From: a virus
IMG/VR virus record: IMGVR_UViG_3300034200_001443
Span: 32,001 to 96,000 of that record
Reading direction: 5' to 3' (one strand)
Length of the DNA stretch: 64,000 bases
Shown: positions 1 through 9,636 of the stretch, piece by piece
Numbering within the stretch: the first letter of the stretch is position 1
How the letters are laid out: every line of letters begins with the position of its first letter
Program-made: the position numbers and the translations under genes
Notes under the pieces: generated by a model
Seen by the model: only the letters and a program-made list of their open reading frames with translations
What the model was told of the DNA's origin: nothing
Databases searched by the model: none

Positions 1-1007
1 TCCATAAAGTTAGAAAAGTAGGTGTTAGCCAGTTTGTCAGCCTTGCGTTGCTTAAGAACATTTTCTGCAAGGTTTTTAACATCGCTGTTGCCATTAATCA
101 TTAAAAGCTGAAGCTGGTCTTTGCTAGCAGATTTAGCTCCAGATGGAGTTGTTTCTGTAATATCTGCGCCAAGACCTTCAAGTAGACGAACTAGTTGAAT
201 GTTACTTGTAATGCTTACTCCATTGTATGTACTTGATGCCCAATTTTTTACGGAATCTGAATATTGAATAAGTTCATCAAATTTCTTTTTAGAGTAATTT
301 AAATCAATGCGAGCACCATTTAGCTCCATACGAGTAACAATTTTGCGTGTTGCCATCTCTAGCTCGTAAGCACGATTGTATGGTCCTTGTGGACCACACT
401 TCTGGTAGAACTGTTCCCAAAGACGCATTGTCAAAACTGTATCTAGAGCACCGTAGACCCAGTAAGGCTCGTAGTTAGTTGGAACAGTTCCCCAAGTCCA
501 ACCATTCTCAATTAGTCCTTGGTCAAGACTTTCTTGCATTGCAACAGCCTTTCCATCTACATAAAGAGCAGAGAGAGGCTTTAGCGCACCAGAACCTAAA
601 GGATTAATAATGTGAGCCATAATCATCGTGTCATGAGCACGCTCCCATGGAATCTTCCATCGAGATTGAATATCAAACCAACGGGCTTCAAATGCAATGT
701 TGTGACAAACAACAGGTCCATCAAATTTACTCATTGCTTCATAGAAAACACCGCCCCACTCATCCCAAGGAATAGACCAGCCAGTCATACCGTCTCCTAC
801 TTGAACAAGGCGTAATTTTCCATGCCAAGGAGACAATGCATGCTCTCTTTTACCGCCAGGCAATTCACCTGTTTCAGTGTCAATTGCAATTGCGTTGTGT
901 GGTCTTTTTTCACTTAACCATGAGATAAATTGCTGCGCTTTTTCTGCAGAATCTACAAGGTGCAGTTTTACGTTTCCCAGTCCGTTCGTCACTTGGTTGT
1001 CGCTCAT
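1..1007 (-). CDS. polA: Family A DNA polymerase, N-terminal 3'-5' exonuclease and start of polymerase domain (runs off window)
   Basis: Manual translation from ATG 1007 gives MSDNQ..AIDTETG (ExoI), HNIAFE (ExoII), HDTMIMAH, YGALD (ExoII/III region), then RMELNGARID and TPSG..S..K, typical of Pol I. Confidence 0.9.
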   Translation of the reverse strand, partial: MSDNQVTNGLGNVKLHLVDSAEKAQQFISWLSEKRPHNAIAIDTETGELPGGKREHALSPWHGKLRLVQVGDGMTGWSIPWDEWGGVFYEAMSKFDGPVVCHNIAFEARWFDIQSRWKIPWERAHDTMIMAHIINPLGSGALKPLSALYVDGKAVAMQESLDQGLIENGWTWGTVPTNYEPYWVYGALDTVLTMRLWEQFYQKCGPQGPYNRAYELEMATRKIVTRMELNGARIDLNYSKKKFDELIQYSDSVKNWASSTYNGVSITSNIQLVRLLEGLGADITETTPSGAKSASKDQLQLLMINGNSDVKNLAENVLKQRKADKLANTYFSNFM

Positions 1008-1021
1008 TTGTTCCTAACTTC

Positions 1022-1492
1022 TTAAGGGATCATCTCGATTCTATAGATAGAATCTATTTTTTCATCATTCAGGGCTGCTCTTTCAAGCAACCTTTGTGCA
1101 ACGTTAGTAAGGTATCTTGCACCACCAGAGTCGTATTTGTAAAGTGCATCTAATACTGGTTCTGGGTCTTCGCTTACTTGGGCCCAATTTCTATCTGTTT
1201 CTGGAAATATAATAGGCATATCAAAGCTAGGATTGCACTCCTCACAAGGAATAGCATCGTCTCTTAGATCATCAACAATTCCTTCCTTTAAACCATAACG
1301 CTTAACTAAAGAACAGGTGGGTGAATGAAAGACTGTAGAGACACCTATACGAGAAAGAATATAGGACCCATTTTCAGTTTTGTAAAGCTTGAACTCGATC
1401 CAGCGTGTCGAGCCACGGCGCCACGAGGTTGACTCCCCTAGCAAACGCCCGTTAAACTGAAGAGTTCTTGAGCCATCTTTAACCTCATGCAT
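1022..1492 (-). CDS. Hypothetical protein (156 aa) with H/C cluster
   Basis: ATG 1492 (MHEVKDG) overlaps the end of the upstream gene; H-x3-C ... CxxC suggests a Zn site. Confidence 0.7.
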   Translation of the reverse strand: MHEVKDGSRTLQFNGRLLGESTSWRRGSTRWIEFKLYKTENGSYILSRIGVSTVFHSPTCSLVKRYGLKEGIVDDLRDDAIPCEECNPSFDMPIIFPETDRNWAQVSEDPEPVLDALYKYDSGGARYLTNVAQRLLERAALNDEKIDSIYRIEMIP

Positions 1493-1907
1493 TAGGGACT
1501 TCTTCCCCTGTTTCAGGATCGTGAGTATGATCTGAATCTTCACCATGGGAATGACCTTCAGATATTTCCATAGTTGCATTTGGTTGTTCATTTTTAAAAT
1601 AAATATAGTTCCACCAAAGATTAATTTCATTGTTTGCCCATAAAAGTTCAAACCAACCGATAGCTGGCCAAGCTTCAGAACCTACAGGTTCATCTAATGC
1701 AATAAGTCTTAATGTTTCAGATTTATCTTGAATATATTGTATGCAATTGTTCATATGTGCATATATTAATTCTGCTGAAACGGCTTCTTTATCTTCGGTG
1801 TTTTCAAAGTTTATGCCCATACTAAATTCTTCACCAGAAGATGCAGTAAAAATTTTTTTAATAGCAGGTCGTGAACCTACTTCATAGCTAGCTTGATAAT
1901 TTATCAT
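1485..1907 (-). CDS. Hypothetical protein, possibly tail-fibre associated
   Basis: Coupled directly after the tail fibres; His-rich C-terminus. Confidence 0.6.
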   Translation of the reverse strand: MINYQASYEVGSRPAIKKIFTASSGEEFSMGINFENTEDKEAVSAELIYAHMNNCIQYIQDKSETLRLIALDEPVGSEAWPAIGWFELLWANNEINLWWNYIYFKNEQPNATMEISEGHSHGEDSDHTHDPETGEEVPNA

Positions 1908-3453
1908 ATTTTTCTCTCCGTCTCTTAATCTTTTCTTTGATTAAGCTTATCTCAGTTTGTTGTACCTTGACTAGTTCAAGGACTAAGGTTGATAAAAGAC
2001 CATAATTTAAAGAAGCAGGTTCTCCCTTTTCATTATATCCAACTAATTCTTTGAAACCAAGATCTTCTACCTCTTCAGCAATGTATCCGTACATCCATTC
2101 TCTATGAAGGCTTTCTTGCAAATACCTAACTTGGTTTTTGTATTTATATCTTTTTAATTGTAAATTTAAAAGTTTTTTTATTTCTGGAACTTGATAGTCA
2201 GATATGTCTTTTTTAACTTTTAGTGTGGAGGCGTTTTGTCCACTACTACCTGATATAACTGAATAAAAATGGACGTGACTTCCATTAGCTGAAGTATGCC
2301 CAGTATGAGCAGAAGAATCACCAAACTGCCCATTGCTTAATTGAGTAGGGAAAGCTGGACTACCAAAAGACATAGGGTGAGTGTGCTGAGCAACTCCAGT
2401 AGTACTTATATTTGAGTAACCGCCTTGGCCGTGAACGTGATTACCTGCTGCAGCATTAAAACCTGCAGAACTAACTGATAAACCTAAAGCAACTAAACCA
2501 CTTCCTCCACCCCCAGTAACTAATGTTTTAGTCATAGGAAAGCCAACAGATAATCCACTATTAACAATTCCACCACGAACTGATCGCAATGAGCTTATTT
2601 TGGCGTCAGTAACTGCTCCTGTAGCAAATTTTTCTGTAGATACAGCATTAGTAGATATCTCTGCTTCTGGAAATACAGGCATTCTAGCAACAGCTAAAAC
2701 TCCAGTCGTTAGTTTTTGAGTAGAAAGATTTGGAATACGAGCTGCATCAAAGGTACCAGTTGTAAATGCAGAAGCATCTAAACTTGGAATACGAGCTACA
2801 TCAAAGATACCAGTGGTTATTTTAGAAGCATCTAAATCTGGAATTTTATCAGCTGTAATTGATGGAATTCTTGCAAGATTAAAAACTCCAGAAGTTATTT
2901 TGGAAGTGTTTAAGTTAGGTATATTATCTGTACTTAGGATTCCGCTTACTTTAGATGCAGATAGAGAACTAATTTGGCTATCTTGTACTTGTCCAATTAA
3001 TTTTGAAGAAGACATTCCAGATATTTTAGAATCTTGAATATTTCCTTCAAGTTCACTATTACCTACAGCACCTGCGAGTATAGTACGAGAATCTACTGCA
3101 TTAGTGGCAATTTTGTCATTAGTTACTGAATCATCTCGTAGCTCAGCGGTACCTACCGAACCAGGCGCAAATGAGTCAGCATTAACTGCATTACTAGCAA
3201 TAAGAGCATTTGTTATTGAATCTTGCTCTATTTGTGTAGTACCTATTGCATTTGCTGCAATGGTTCTTCTAACAATTGCATTATCAGCAACTATATCTTC
3301 TTCTACAGATCTTAAAGACAAATTTTTACTTGCTACAGCTTTTGAAGCAAGACGCGAGGCAGATGGTCGTGTTTCTAGATATCTAACTCTTTTTTGAATA
3401 TCTGTAAGATTTCCAGAAATAGTCTTTCTGCGGGATCTACGACGGGTTGCCAT
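1888..3453 (-). CDS. Tail fibre 2 with C-terminal peptidase S74 intramolecular chaperone
   Basis: 16-aa RIPxLDASKITTG repeats, HxH metal motifs, S-x4-K then YGYIAEEV..LNYGLL and a coiled coil. Start placed at ATG 3453 by analogy with the paralog. Confidence 0.85.
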   Translation of the reverse strand: MATRRRSRRKTISGNLTDIQKRVRYLETRPSASRLASKAVASKNLSLRSVEEDIVADNAIVRRTIAANAIGTTQIEQDSITNALIASNAVNADSFAPGSVGTAELRDDSVTNDKIATNAVDSRTILAGAVGNSELEGNIQDSKISGMSSSKLIGQVQDSQISSLSASKVSGILSTDNIPNLNTSKITSGVFNLARIPSITADKIPDLDASKITTGIFDVARIPSLDASAFTTGTFDAARIPNLSTQKLTTGVLAVARMPVFPEAEISTNAVSTEKFATGAVTDAKISSLRSVRGGIVNSGLSVGFPMTKTLVTGGGGSGLVALGLSVSSAGFNAAAGNHVHGQGGYSNISTTGVAQHTHPMSFGSPAFPTQLSNGQFGDSSAHTGHTSANGSHVHFYSVISGSSGQNASTLKVKKDISDYQVPEIKKLLNLQLKRYKYKNQVRYLQESLHREWMYGYIAEEVEDLGFKELVGYNEKGEPASLNYGLLSTLVLELVKVQQTEISLIKEKIKRRREKYDKLSS

Positions 3454-4935
3454 GCTCAAGCTCTTCTAATTGTCGTAACTCTTCTTTTAAAGAATCTATT
3501 TCTTTTTGCTGCTCTTTAACTAACTCTAAAACAAGAGTTGATAAAAGTCCGTAGTTAAGACTGTTAGGCTCTTTATTTTCATCATATCCAACAATTTCTT
3601 CAATGCCAGTCTCAAGAACCTCTTCAGCTATATAGCCATACATCCATTCCCGATTAATGCTGTCTTGTAAATGTCTTACTTGATTTTTATATTTATATCT
3701 TTTAAGTTTAAGATTTAGTATTTTCTTTACATCTTCAATTTCGTAATTTGAAATTTCTTTTTTTAGTTTTAATGTGGAGCTATTGAATTGGGTAGTTCCT
3801 GAAACTGTAACTGTGTGTGAATGCGCTCCAGTATTACCTCCCGAGTGGCCACTGTGGCCACCACCACCTACGCTAGAAGAAATAGAAACAGGGTGAGTGT
3901 GCTGAGCAACTCCAGTGGCACTAGCATTAGAGTAACCGCCTTGACCATGAACATGGTTACCTATAGCAACTTGAGTTGCGCCAGGTCCAGTATTAACAAA
4001 AACAGTGGCTCCTGTTTTATTTAAAGGAGTATTAACTACTAATCCACTAGAAACAATTGATGCAAAAGCTGAACTAGCTATCTTTGCTGAAGTTATAGAT
4101 CCATCTTGTATTTTAGTATTAGAAATAGCATTTGGTGCTATTTTACTTTCTGGAAGCTGTGGAAGTCTTGCAAGGTCTACAATTCCACTTATAAATTTAG
4201 AAGCATCTAAACCTGGAATACGAGCTGCACCAAAGGTACCACTTATAACTTTAGAAGCATCTAAGTTCGGAATTCTTGCAAGACTAAATATACCAGTTGT
4301 TATTTTAGAAGCATCTAAGCTTGGAACTCTATCAGCTGTAATTGCTGGAATTCTTGCGACATCAAAGACGCCAGAAGTTATTTTGGAAGTATCTAAATTT
4401 GGAATGTTAGCGGTAGAAAGAGTTCCTGAAACTTTAGATGCAGATAGAGAACTAATTTGGCTATCTTGTACTTGTCCAATTAATTTTGAAGAAGACATTC
4501 CAGATATTTTGTCATCTGTTATACCGCCAGCAAGCTCTGAATTACCTACGGCACCTGCAGCTATAGAATCGGCATTTACAGCATCTGTAGCAATTTTTGA
4601 ATTAATTACAGCATTATCTGCAAGAGCTATCGTTTCAACAGCACCAGAGGCAATTGAATCAGCATTTACTGAGTTAGTAGCAAGAAGCGAATTTGTGATG
4701 GAGTCTTGTTCTATTTGTGCAGTACCAACTGCTGAGGCTGCAATAGATCGTCTTACAATGGCATTGTCGGCAACGATATTTTCTTCTACAGCACGAAGAG
4801 CTAAGTTTCGAGTCGATACAGCTTTAGAAGCAAGGCGAGTAGCAGATGGTCGTGTTTCTAGATATCTAACTCTTTTTTGAATATCTGTAAGATTTCCAGA
4901 AATAGTCTTTCTGCGGGATCTACGACGGGTTGCCA
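2948..4935. repeat. Two exact direct-repeat blocks shared by the tail fibre paralogs (2948-3027 = 4431-4510; 3359-3452 = 4842-4935)
   Basis: Direct comparison shows 80 bp and 94 bp identical, both at offset 1483. Confidence 0.9.
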
Positions 4936-4936
4936 C
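3437..4936 (-). CDS. Tail fibre 1 with C-terminal peptidase S74 intramolecular chaperone
   Basis: Same architecture as 1888-3453; GAHSHT motif; SSTLKLKK..YGYIAEEV. Confidence 0.85.
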   Translation of the reverse strand: MATRRRSRRKTISGNLTDIQKRVRYLETRPSATRLASKAVSTRNLALRAVEENIVADNAIVRRSIAASAVGTAQIEQDSITNSLLATNSVNADSIASGAVETIALADNAVINSKIATDAVNADSIAAGAVGNSELAGGITDDKISGMSSSKLIGQVQDSQISSLSASKVSGTLSTANIPNLDTSKITSGVFDVARIPAITADRVPSLDASKITTGIFSLARIPNLDASKVISGTFGAARIPGLDASKFISGIVDLARLPQLPESKIAPNAISNTKIQDGSITSAKIASSAFASIVSSGLVVNTPLNKTGATVFVNTGPGATQVAIGNHVHGQGGYSNASATGVAQHTHPVSISSSVGGGGHSGHSGGNTGAHSHTVTVSGTTQFNSSTLKLKKEISNYEIEDVKKILNLKLKRYKYKNQVRHLQDSINREWMYGYIAEEVLETGIEEIVGYDENKEPNSLNYGLLSTLVLELVKEQQKEIDSLKEELRQLEELEHGNPS

Positions 4937-4938
4937 AG

Positions 4939-7002
4939 TTAGTCTCCTTCTATATTTCTAGTAAGACCAGCTTCTTCTCCAGCTCTATCTACTTTCCAAT
5001 CTGTAATAAGTTCTAGATCTACAGTCTCTGGAAAAGCAGGATTGTCTGGAACTGAAACTTTATATGCTGCAATCTTTCTAACAATAATGTCATCTCTTGG
5101 TTCTTGATCATCTGCAAGACGAGCTAAAACAAATGGGTCGTCAATGATTAATGAGCACCAATCTCCTGGAGCGTAGCTTCCAATTACAGGAGTTAAAGAT
5201 CCATTCACAGTTAATTTAAACTCTCCAATAGGAGGCTTTGACTCGTAAAGATACTCTTTAGCGTATTCATATAAAACTTCTTCATCCCCTGTGTTATTTA
5301 CTACCTCAACTAAATCTAGTAGAGGCCAGCTTCTACCAAAAGGATTATTAAGTAATGAAATATCAGCAGCAGCAGCGTATGGCTGACTAGCTGCATCGGA
5401 TAAGTCAGAAATATTTCCTTCTACAAAGAAACGAGTTGCAGAATCTTCTGCACTCTCTTCTACTGTAAAAGTAGAAATGCTACCTGGATATTCAAATACA
5501 ACTTGATTAAACCCAAGACGTTCTGCATCTGTTAAATCTCTAGAGGTATCTTCTAAAGGGTTAGGGTTTTCAATATTAAGGAGAACAAAAGTTCTTGTAA
5601 ATGATGCTGTAGTAAAATCATAGTCGCAATCAATTCGGTACTCGAAGCCGTTAATATCATTTGAGTAGTCCTCTAAAATCTCTCCAACGCTCTTAAGTTC
5701 GTAGCCTCGTAGATATTGAGTATCTTGATAAAGATTGCTAGTTTCGTTTGTTCCTACAACTATTCCTATATCAGAGTTAGAAGAATACGGTCCATAAGTC
5801 CCATAGACTAATTTACTTCCTGTGGTCAGCAACCCTCCAGATACTGTAGTAGAGGGTATATTTCTAACGTTAGGTAGATCGTAACTAATAGTGTTAGAAG
5901 TAGTAGCTGTAATAGTAAAGTTTCCATCAAAATTTTCATCTAATCTTTCACTAAAAAAAGAATCTACTCCAGACAAAGTTATTCTTTGACCAATGCCAAC
6001 ACCGTGAGGGATGTGAGTAGTAACTGTTGCTACGTTGTTAGTAAGAGCTTTATTTGTTATGTAAAAACTTCTTACACCCGGCAAGGTAGTTAAAGCTATA
6101 TTTGCGCCTCTGTCCTCAAATACAACCGTTTTAGTGTCTGGAACCTCTACCACCGTGTGATACCCATTAAAGCTGGTATCTACTTCAACAAGCTCAAACT
6201 CTTGTCCAGGAACTAATTCGTGATCTTCTAAAGTTTTTAAAATTACTCTTCCCTCATCTCTTTTCTTAGAGACGACAGAGACTTCTATAGTATTACCAGG
6301 CTCTATTACATCATTAGCAAAAAAACCTGGACGTGCATCGGTAGTAACTGAAATGTCTGTAGCAACTTGAAAAAGAAGGTCTCTAACAAAATCGTAGGTG
6401 TCTATAAGTTTTCTTACAGCACCGCTAGTAATTAAAGTAGACCCAACGTTAGGTGCTGCTACAACATAGGTAAAGCTTGTAGGAGATGGTACAGATACAA
6501 TTTTATGCGTTCCGTCTACGGAAGGGTTTGTAAAAGTTACTTTTACAAAGTTGTTTTGCTTAAATCCGTGAGCTTCTTCTGTAACGATTGTGGCTGTTCC
6601 ATCTGTCACAGAAAAAGAAGAAACTCCAATAAACTCTGACCCATAAACAAGAGTTTGCCAGATGTGTCTATGATAAAAGTAGCTAATAAATTCAGAAGCA
6701 TCAACAGAAAGAGTTTTGCTACTTTCATTATAACTTCTTGCCCAAACTATTCCACCCCATACGCAAACATCATTACGCATAACATATAAGCCTGTACGAC
6801 CAGGCATAGTTGACTCGTAAAGGTTTAATTTACTAGTAGAAGCAATTACAGGAATAGTTCCAGAAAAAGATCCAGCTTTACGAAGCTGTCTTTCGTAGCT
6901 AACACCAGAAAAAGGAACTTCTGCTAAAACCTCATTAGAAACGAGGTCAGTTAAGAAATACCTATAATTTACATCTGTCAGTGTCGTGTCGATTGATGTC
7001 AT
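4939..7002 (-). CDS. Minor tail / baseplate hub protein with inserted beta-domains
   Basis: Follows the Dit-like gene; N-terminal siphovirus minor-tail pattern (RNDVCVWGGIVW); three T..H..G..V..G..F inserts. Confidence 0.75.
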   Translation of the reverse strand: MTSIDTTLTDVNYRYFLTDLVSNEVLAEVPFSGVSYERQLRKAGSFSGTIPVIASTSKLNLYESTMPGRTGLYVMRNDVCVWGGIVWARSYNESSKTLSVDASEFISYFYHRHIWQTLVYGSEFIGVSSFSVTDGTATIVTEEAHGFKQNNFVKVTFTNPSVDGTHKIVSVPSPTSFTYVVAAPNVGSTLITSGAVRKLIDTYDFVRDLLFQVATDISVTTDARPGFFANDVIEPGNTIEVSVVSKKRDEGRVILKTLEDHELVPGQEFELVEVDTSFNGYHTVVEVPDTKTVVFEDRGANIALTTLPGVRSFYITNKALTNNVATVTTHIPHGVGIGQRITLSGVDSFFSERLDENFDGNFTITATTSNTISYDLPNVRNIPSTTVSGGLLTTGSKLVYGTYGPYSSNSDIGIVVGTNETSNLYQDTQYLRGYELKSVGEILEDYSNDINGFEYRIDCDYDFTTASFTRTFVLLNIENPNPLEDTSRDLTDAERLGFNQVVFEYPGSISTFTVEESAEDSATRFFVEGNISDLSDAASQPYAAAADISLLNNPFGRSWPLLDLVEVVNNTGDEEVLYEYAKEYLYESKPPIGEFKLTVNGSLTPVIGSYAPGDWCSLIIDDPFVLARLADDQEPRDDIIVRKIAAYKVSVPDNPAFPETVDLELITDWKVDRAGEEAGLTRNIEGD

Positions 7003-7014
7003 TTTTATCCTTTT

Positions 7015-9636
7015 TTAACCTAGCCAACCAGACCTATAAAATACCTTAAGCAGTCCAGTACTTACAGAGTTTTTATCATCGGCAAACTCTATCTCATTAT
7101 CTCCAGGTTGTAGAAAGAAAAAATCAGTAAGTACATCGAGCTTTGCTCTAGCACCTTCATAGTTGCCATTTAAAGCAACATCTCTTGTAAGAGTGTCTAC
7201 CTCTAAAATGTCTGGGCCAAAGTCTACTAGTGCACCACTTAAACCTGGAGTAAAAGGTATATTAGCTTTTTTAACTGCAATGCCAGAAGCCTCTACTTCA
7301 CTTCCATCTCCATTAACAATATTTCCATTAATATTTGCAGTTCCACTAGCATATGCAGCAAACGGAAGTCCCCCACTTACTCTAGCTTCGCCAACATCAT
7401 TAGTGTTTGGAACAGATCTAGAACGTCTTACTAAAGCTCCTGAAATAGATGCAGTGCCACTAGGTGCTGCAGGGTCAATAGTTCCAGAGCTGGGAGTTGT
7501 ATAGGTAAATGTGTTTGCCCCTGTAACTGTTGCAATCCAAATTCCATTTAAAACAGCATCAAGACCATTTACTCTTACATACTGACCATTAACTAAATTA
7601 TGAGAAACAGATGTAGTAATTGTTACAGTGTTTCCAGTCCTAGCCCTAATTGAAATAGGAGGTGTAACTATGCTCGCATCAATTGCAGGTTTTCCTGTGC
7701 CATCAAGACGGATTACGTTAAATTGTGGAGTATCTAAAACAGTATAAGTTCCATTATATGCAGCTCCCAAACCAGAAATTGTAACGCTTTCTCCAACAAT
7801 AAAGCTATGAGTTCCACCAAAAATAATATCAAAAACACCAGCAGCTACTACAGCAGAAAAAGGTCTAATAGAAAGCAAAGTAACTTTTCCAGTTGTAACC
7901 CCAATAGGAGCTTCATTAGCCCCAACAGAAGCAAAAGCATACGTTGTGCTGCTTAAAACCGCAGTAACAGTAAATGTCCCATTGTATGAAGTGTTAGCTA
8001 CATCTTCAATAACTATAGTATCTCCAACGCTAGCTTGAATGCTTTCAGCTACTGTAATAGAAGCTTGATTTGAAGATCTAGAAGTTGTTGTTATAGAAGA
8101 AGAGTAAAGTCTAGGTACATCATAAGTAAAAGATGAAGTAGTTGGAAGAGATTTAATTATAAAAGTTCCATTAAATGGATTTTCAAAGTCAAGGGCAACT
8201 TGATTAGCAGTTCTTTCCATGCCAGATACAGCAACAACTTCGTTAACAGAAAATCCGTGTGTAGAACTCATTGTAATAGTGGCAACATCATTAGCCATTG
8301 AACGTGAAGAAATAGCTCTAGCATCTGTTCTTGTTTTAGAGTAACTAAAAGTCGTGGTTGATGGGATAGATATAATTCTAAAAGCTCCGTTGTAGTTTTG
8401 ATCTAGTCCAGCAATAGTTACCTCTTCACCTTCAACAAATCCATGTGCTTCGCTAGTGGTAAGAGTTGCAATGTTAGAAATTAAAACAGCTCCAGTTACA
8501 GTTCTAGATGTGCTTCTATCTTTTGCAAATGTAAAAGTTGTGGCTGTTGCACTAGTAATTGTGTAGCTACCACTAAAAACAGAATCTATGTCTTTTAAGA
8601 AAACAGTGTTACCGCCAACAAACCCGTGAGCTTCTTTTGTAAACACTGTAGCAACATTATTTACTAACTTTTTTGCTACAACAGTTTTTGTGATAGCTCT
8701 GTTTAAAGGAAAAAGACTGTATTTAAATGTTGTAGATGTAGGAACTTCTGTAATAAAAAATTCGCCATTAAGGTCAGATTCTGCAAGACCGCTAATTTCT
8801 ACTGTATCTCCTTGTAAAAGACCGTGAGCTGTTGTAGTAGTTAAAGTAACAATATCTTCCAAGGTATCTTCATTAAAATCTAACTGTTTATTAACAATTG
8901 AAGAAGTTAAACGTCCTCTAAGTCCTGAAACAATATAAAGCAGCTTGTCTGTAGTTCTGTTGTATATTCGAGCAGGTCCAATAATAGGACCAGAAATTTC
9001 AAAATTAACTGGAACTTCTACATTTCCAATATTAGTAATAGTTTCAATTCCTGTAGCACCAGTAGTTCTATTGACCGCTGGTATTTCAATTCTTTCATAG
9101 CCGTCTGGATCCGAGTCATTCCACGCATACTTAATTGGGTCAGCTGCTTTTAGACCAATTGAAAAATCTGTTCTGCCTCGTGCAGTAGTTGTTTGAATGC
9201 TTGGACCACCACTTAGACGTACAAATGAAGAACGTTTGTTGTCAGATTCAATACCTGTTTTAAGCCAAGCACCACGATATACAAGGTTTGTTGCGTCAAT
9301 GAGACGGTCACGAGCTGCTTCTACTAAAGATGGGTCAGGAGTTAAAAAGCTTCCACTAAGAGTCAAAATTCTTGCTTGGTAGCGACCTTTAATGTCGTAG
9401 GAACCGTCACCAAAACCACGAGGAATATCTGGCATATCTGGCTCTGGATGTTGCCACCATCCATCAATTTCTGTAATTACCCAAACAACACCATACTCAT
9501 CAATAGTGTTAAAAAGAAATTCTCCCAAGGCAATATCGCCTTGTAGCTTCATTCCAGTTAAATGCGGCTGTGGAAGAGGCGTTAAAGAACGATCTACAAT
9601 GCTGTTTTCTTCTCTTTGATTAAATACTTCAGCCAT
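7015..9636 (-). CDS. Distal tail (Dit-like) protein with tandem FCCH-like beta domains
   Basis: Directly after the tape measure; Dit-like ends (AADPIKY..., FFFLQPGDNEI) flank about 6-7 repeats of T..HG...G..V.I.G....NG.F.I. Confidence 0.8.
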   Translation of the reverse strand: MAEVFNQREENSIVDRSLTPLPQPHLTGMKLQGDIALGEFLFNTIDEYGVVWVITEIDGWWQHPEPDMPDIPRGFGDGSYDIKGRYQARILTLSGSFLTPDPSLVEAARDRLIDATNLVYRGAWLKTGIESDNKRSSFVRLSGGPSIQTTTARGRTDFSIGLKAADPIKYAWNDSDPDGYERIEIPAVNRTTGATGIETITNIGNVEVPVNFEISGPIIGPARIYNRTTDKLLYIVSGLRGRLTSSIVNKQLDFNEDTLEDIVTLTTTTAHGLLQGDTVEISGLAESDLNGEFFITEVPTSTTFKYSLFPLNRAITKTVVAKKLVNNVATVFTKEAHGFVGGNTVFLKDIDSVFSGSYTITSATATTFTFAKDRSTSRTVTGAVLISNIATLTTSEAHGFVEGEEVTIAGLDQNYNGAFRIISIPSTTTFSYSKTRTDARAISSRSMANDVATITMSSTHGFSVNEVVAVSGMERTANQVALDFENPFNGTFIIKSLPTTSSFTYDVPRLYSSSITTTSRSSNQASITVAESIQASVGDTIVIEDVANTSYNGTFTVTAVLSSTTYAFASVGANEAPIGVTTGKVTLLSIRPFSAVVAAGVFDIIFGGTHSFIVGESVTISGLGAAYNGTYTVLDTPQFNVIRLDGTGKPAIDASIVTPPISIRARTGNTVTITTSVSHNLVNGQYVRVNGLDAVLNGIWIATVTGANTFTYTTPSSGTIDPAAPSGTASISGALVRRSRSVPNTNDVGEARVSGGLPFAAYASGTANINGNIVNGDGSEVEASGIAVKKANIPFTPGLSGALVDFGPDILEVDTLTRDVALNGNYEGARAKLDVLTDFFFLQPGDNEIEFADDKNSVSTGLLKVFYRSGWLG

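Noticed and set aside
2948-4935. Diversity-generating retroelement TR/VR pair or invertible shufflon
   Set aside because: The blocks are identical direct repeats without adenine-specific mismatches; no reverse transcriptase or invertase is in the window.
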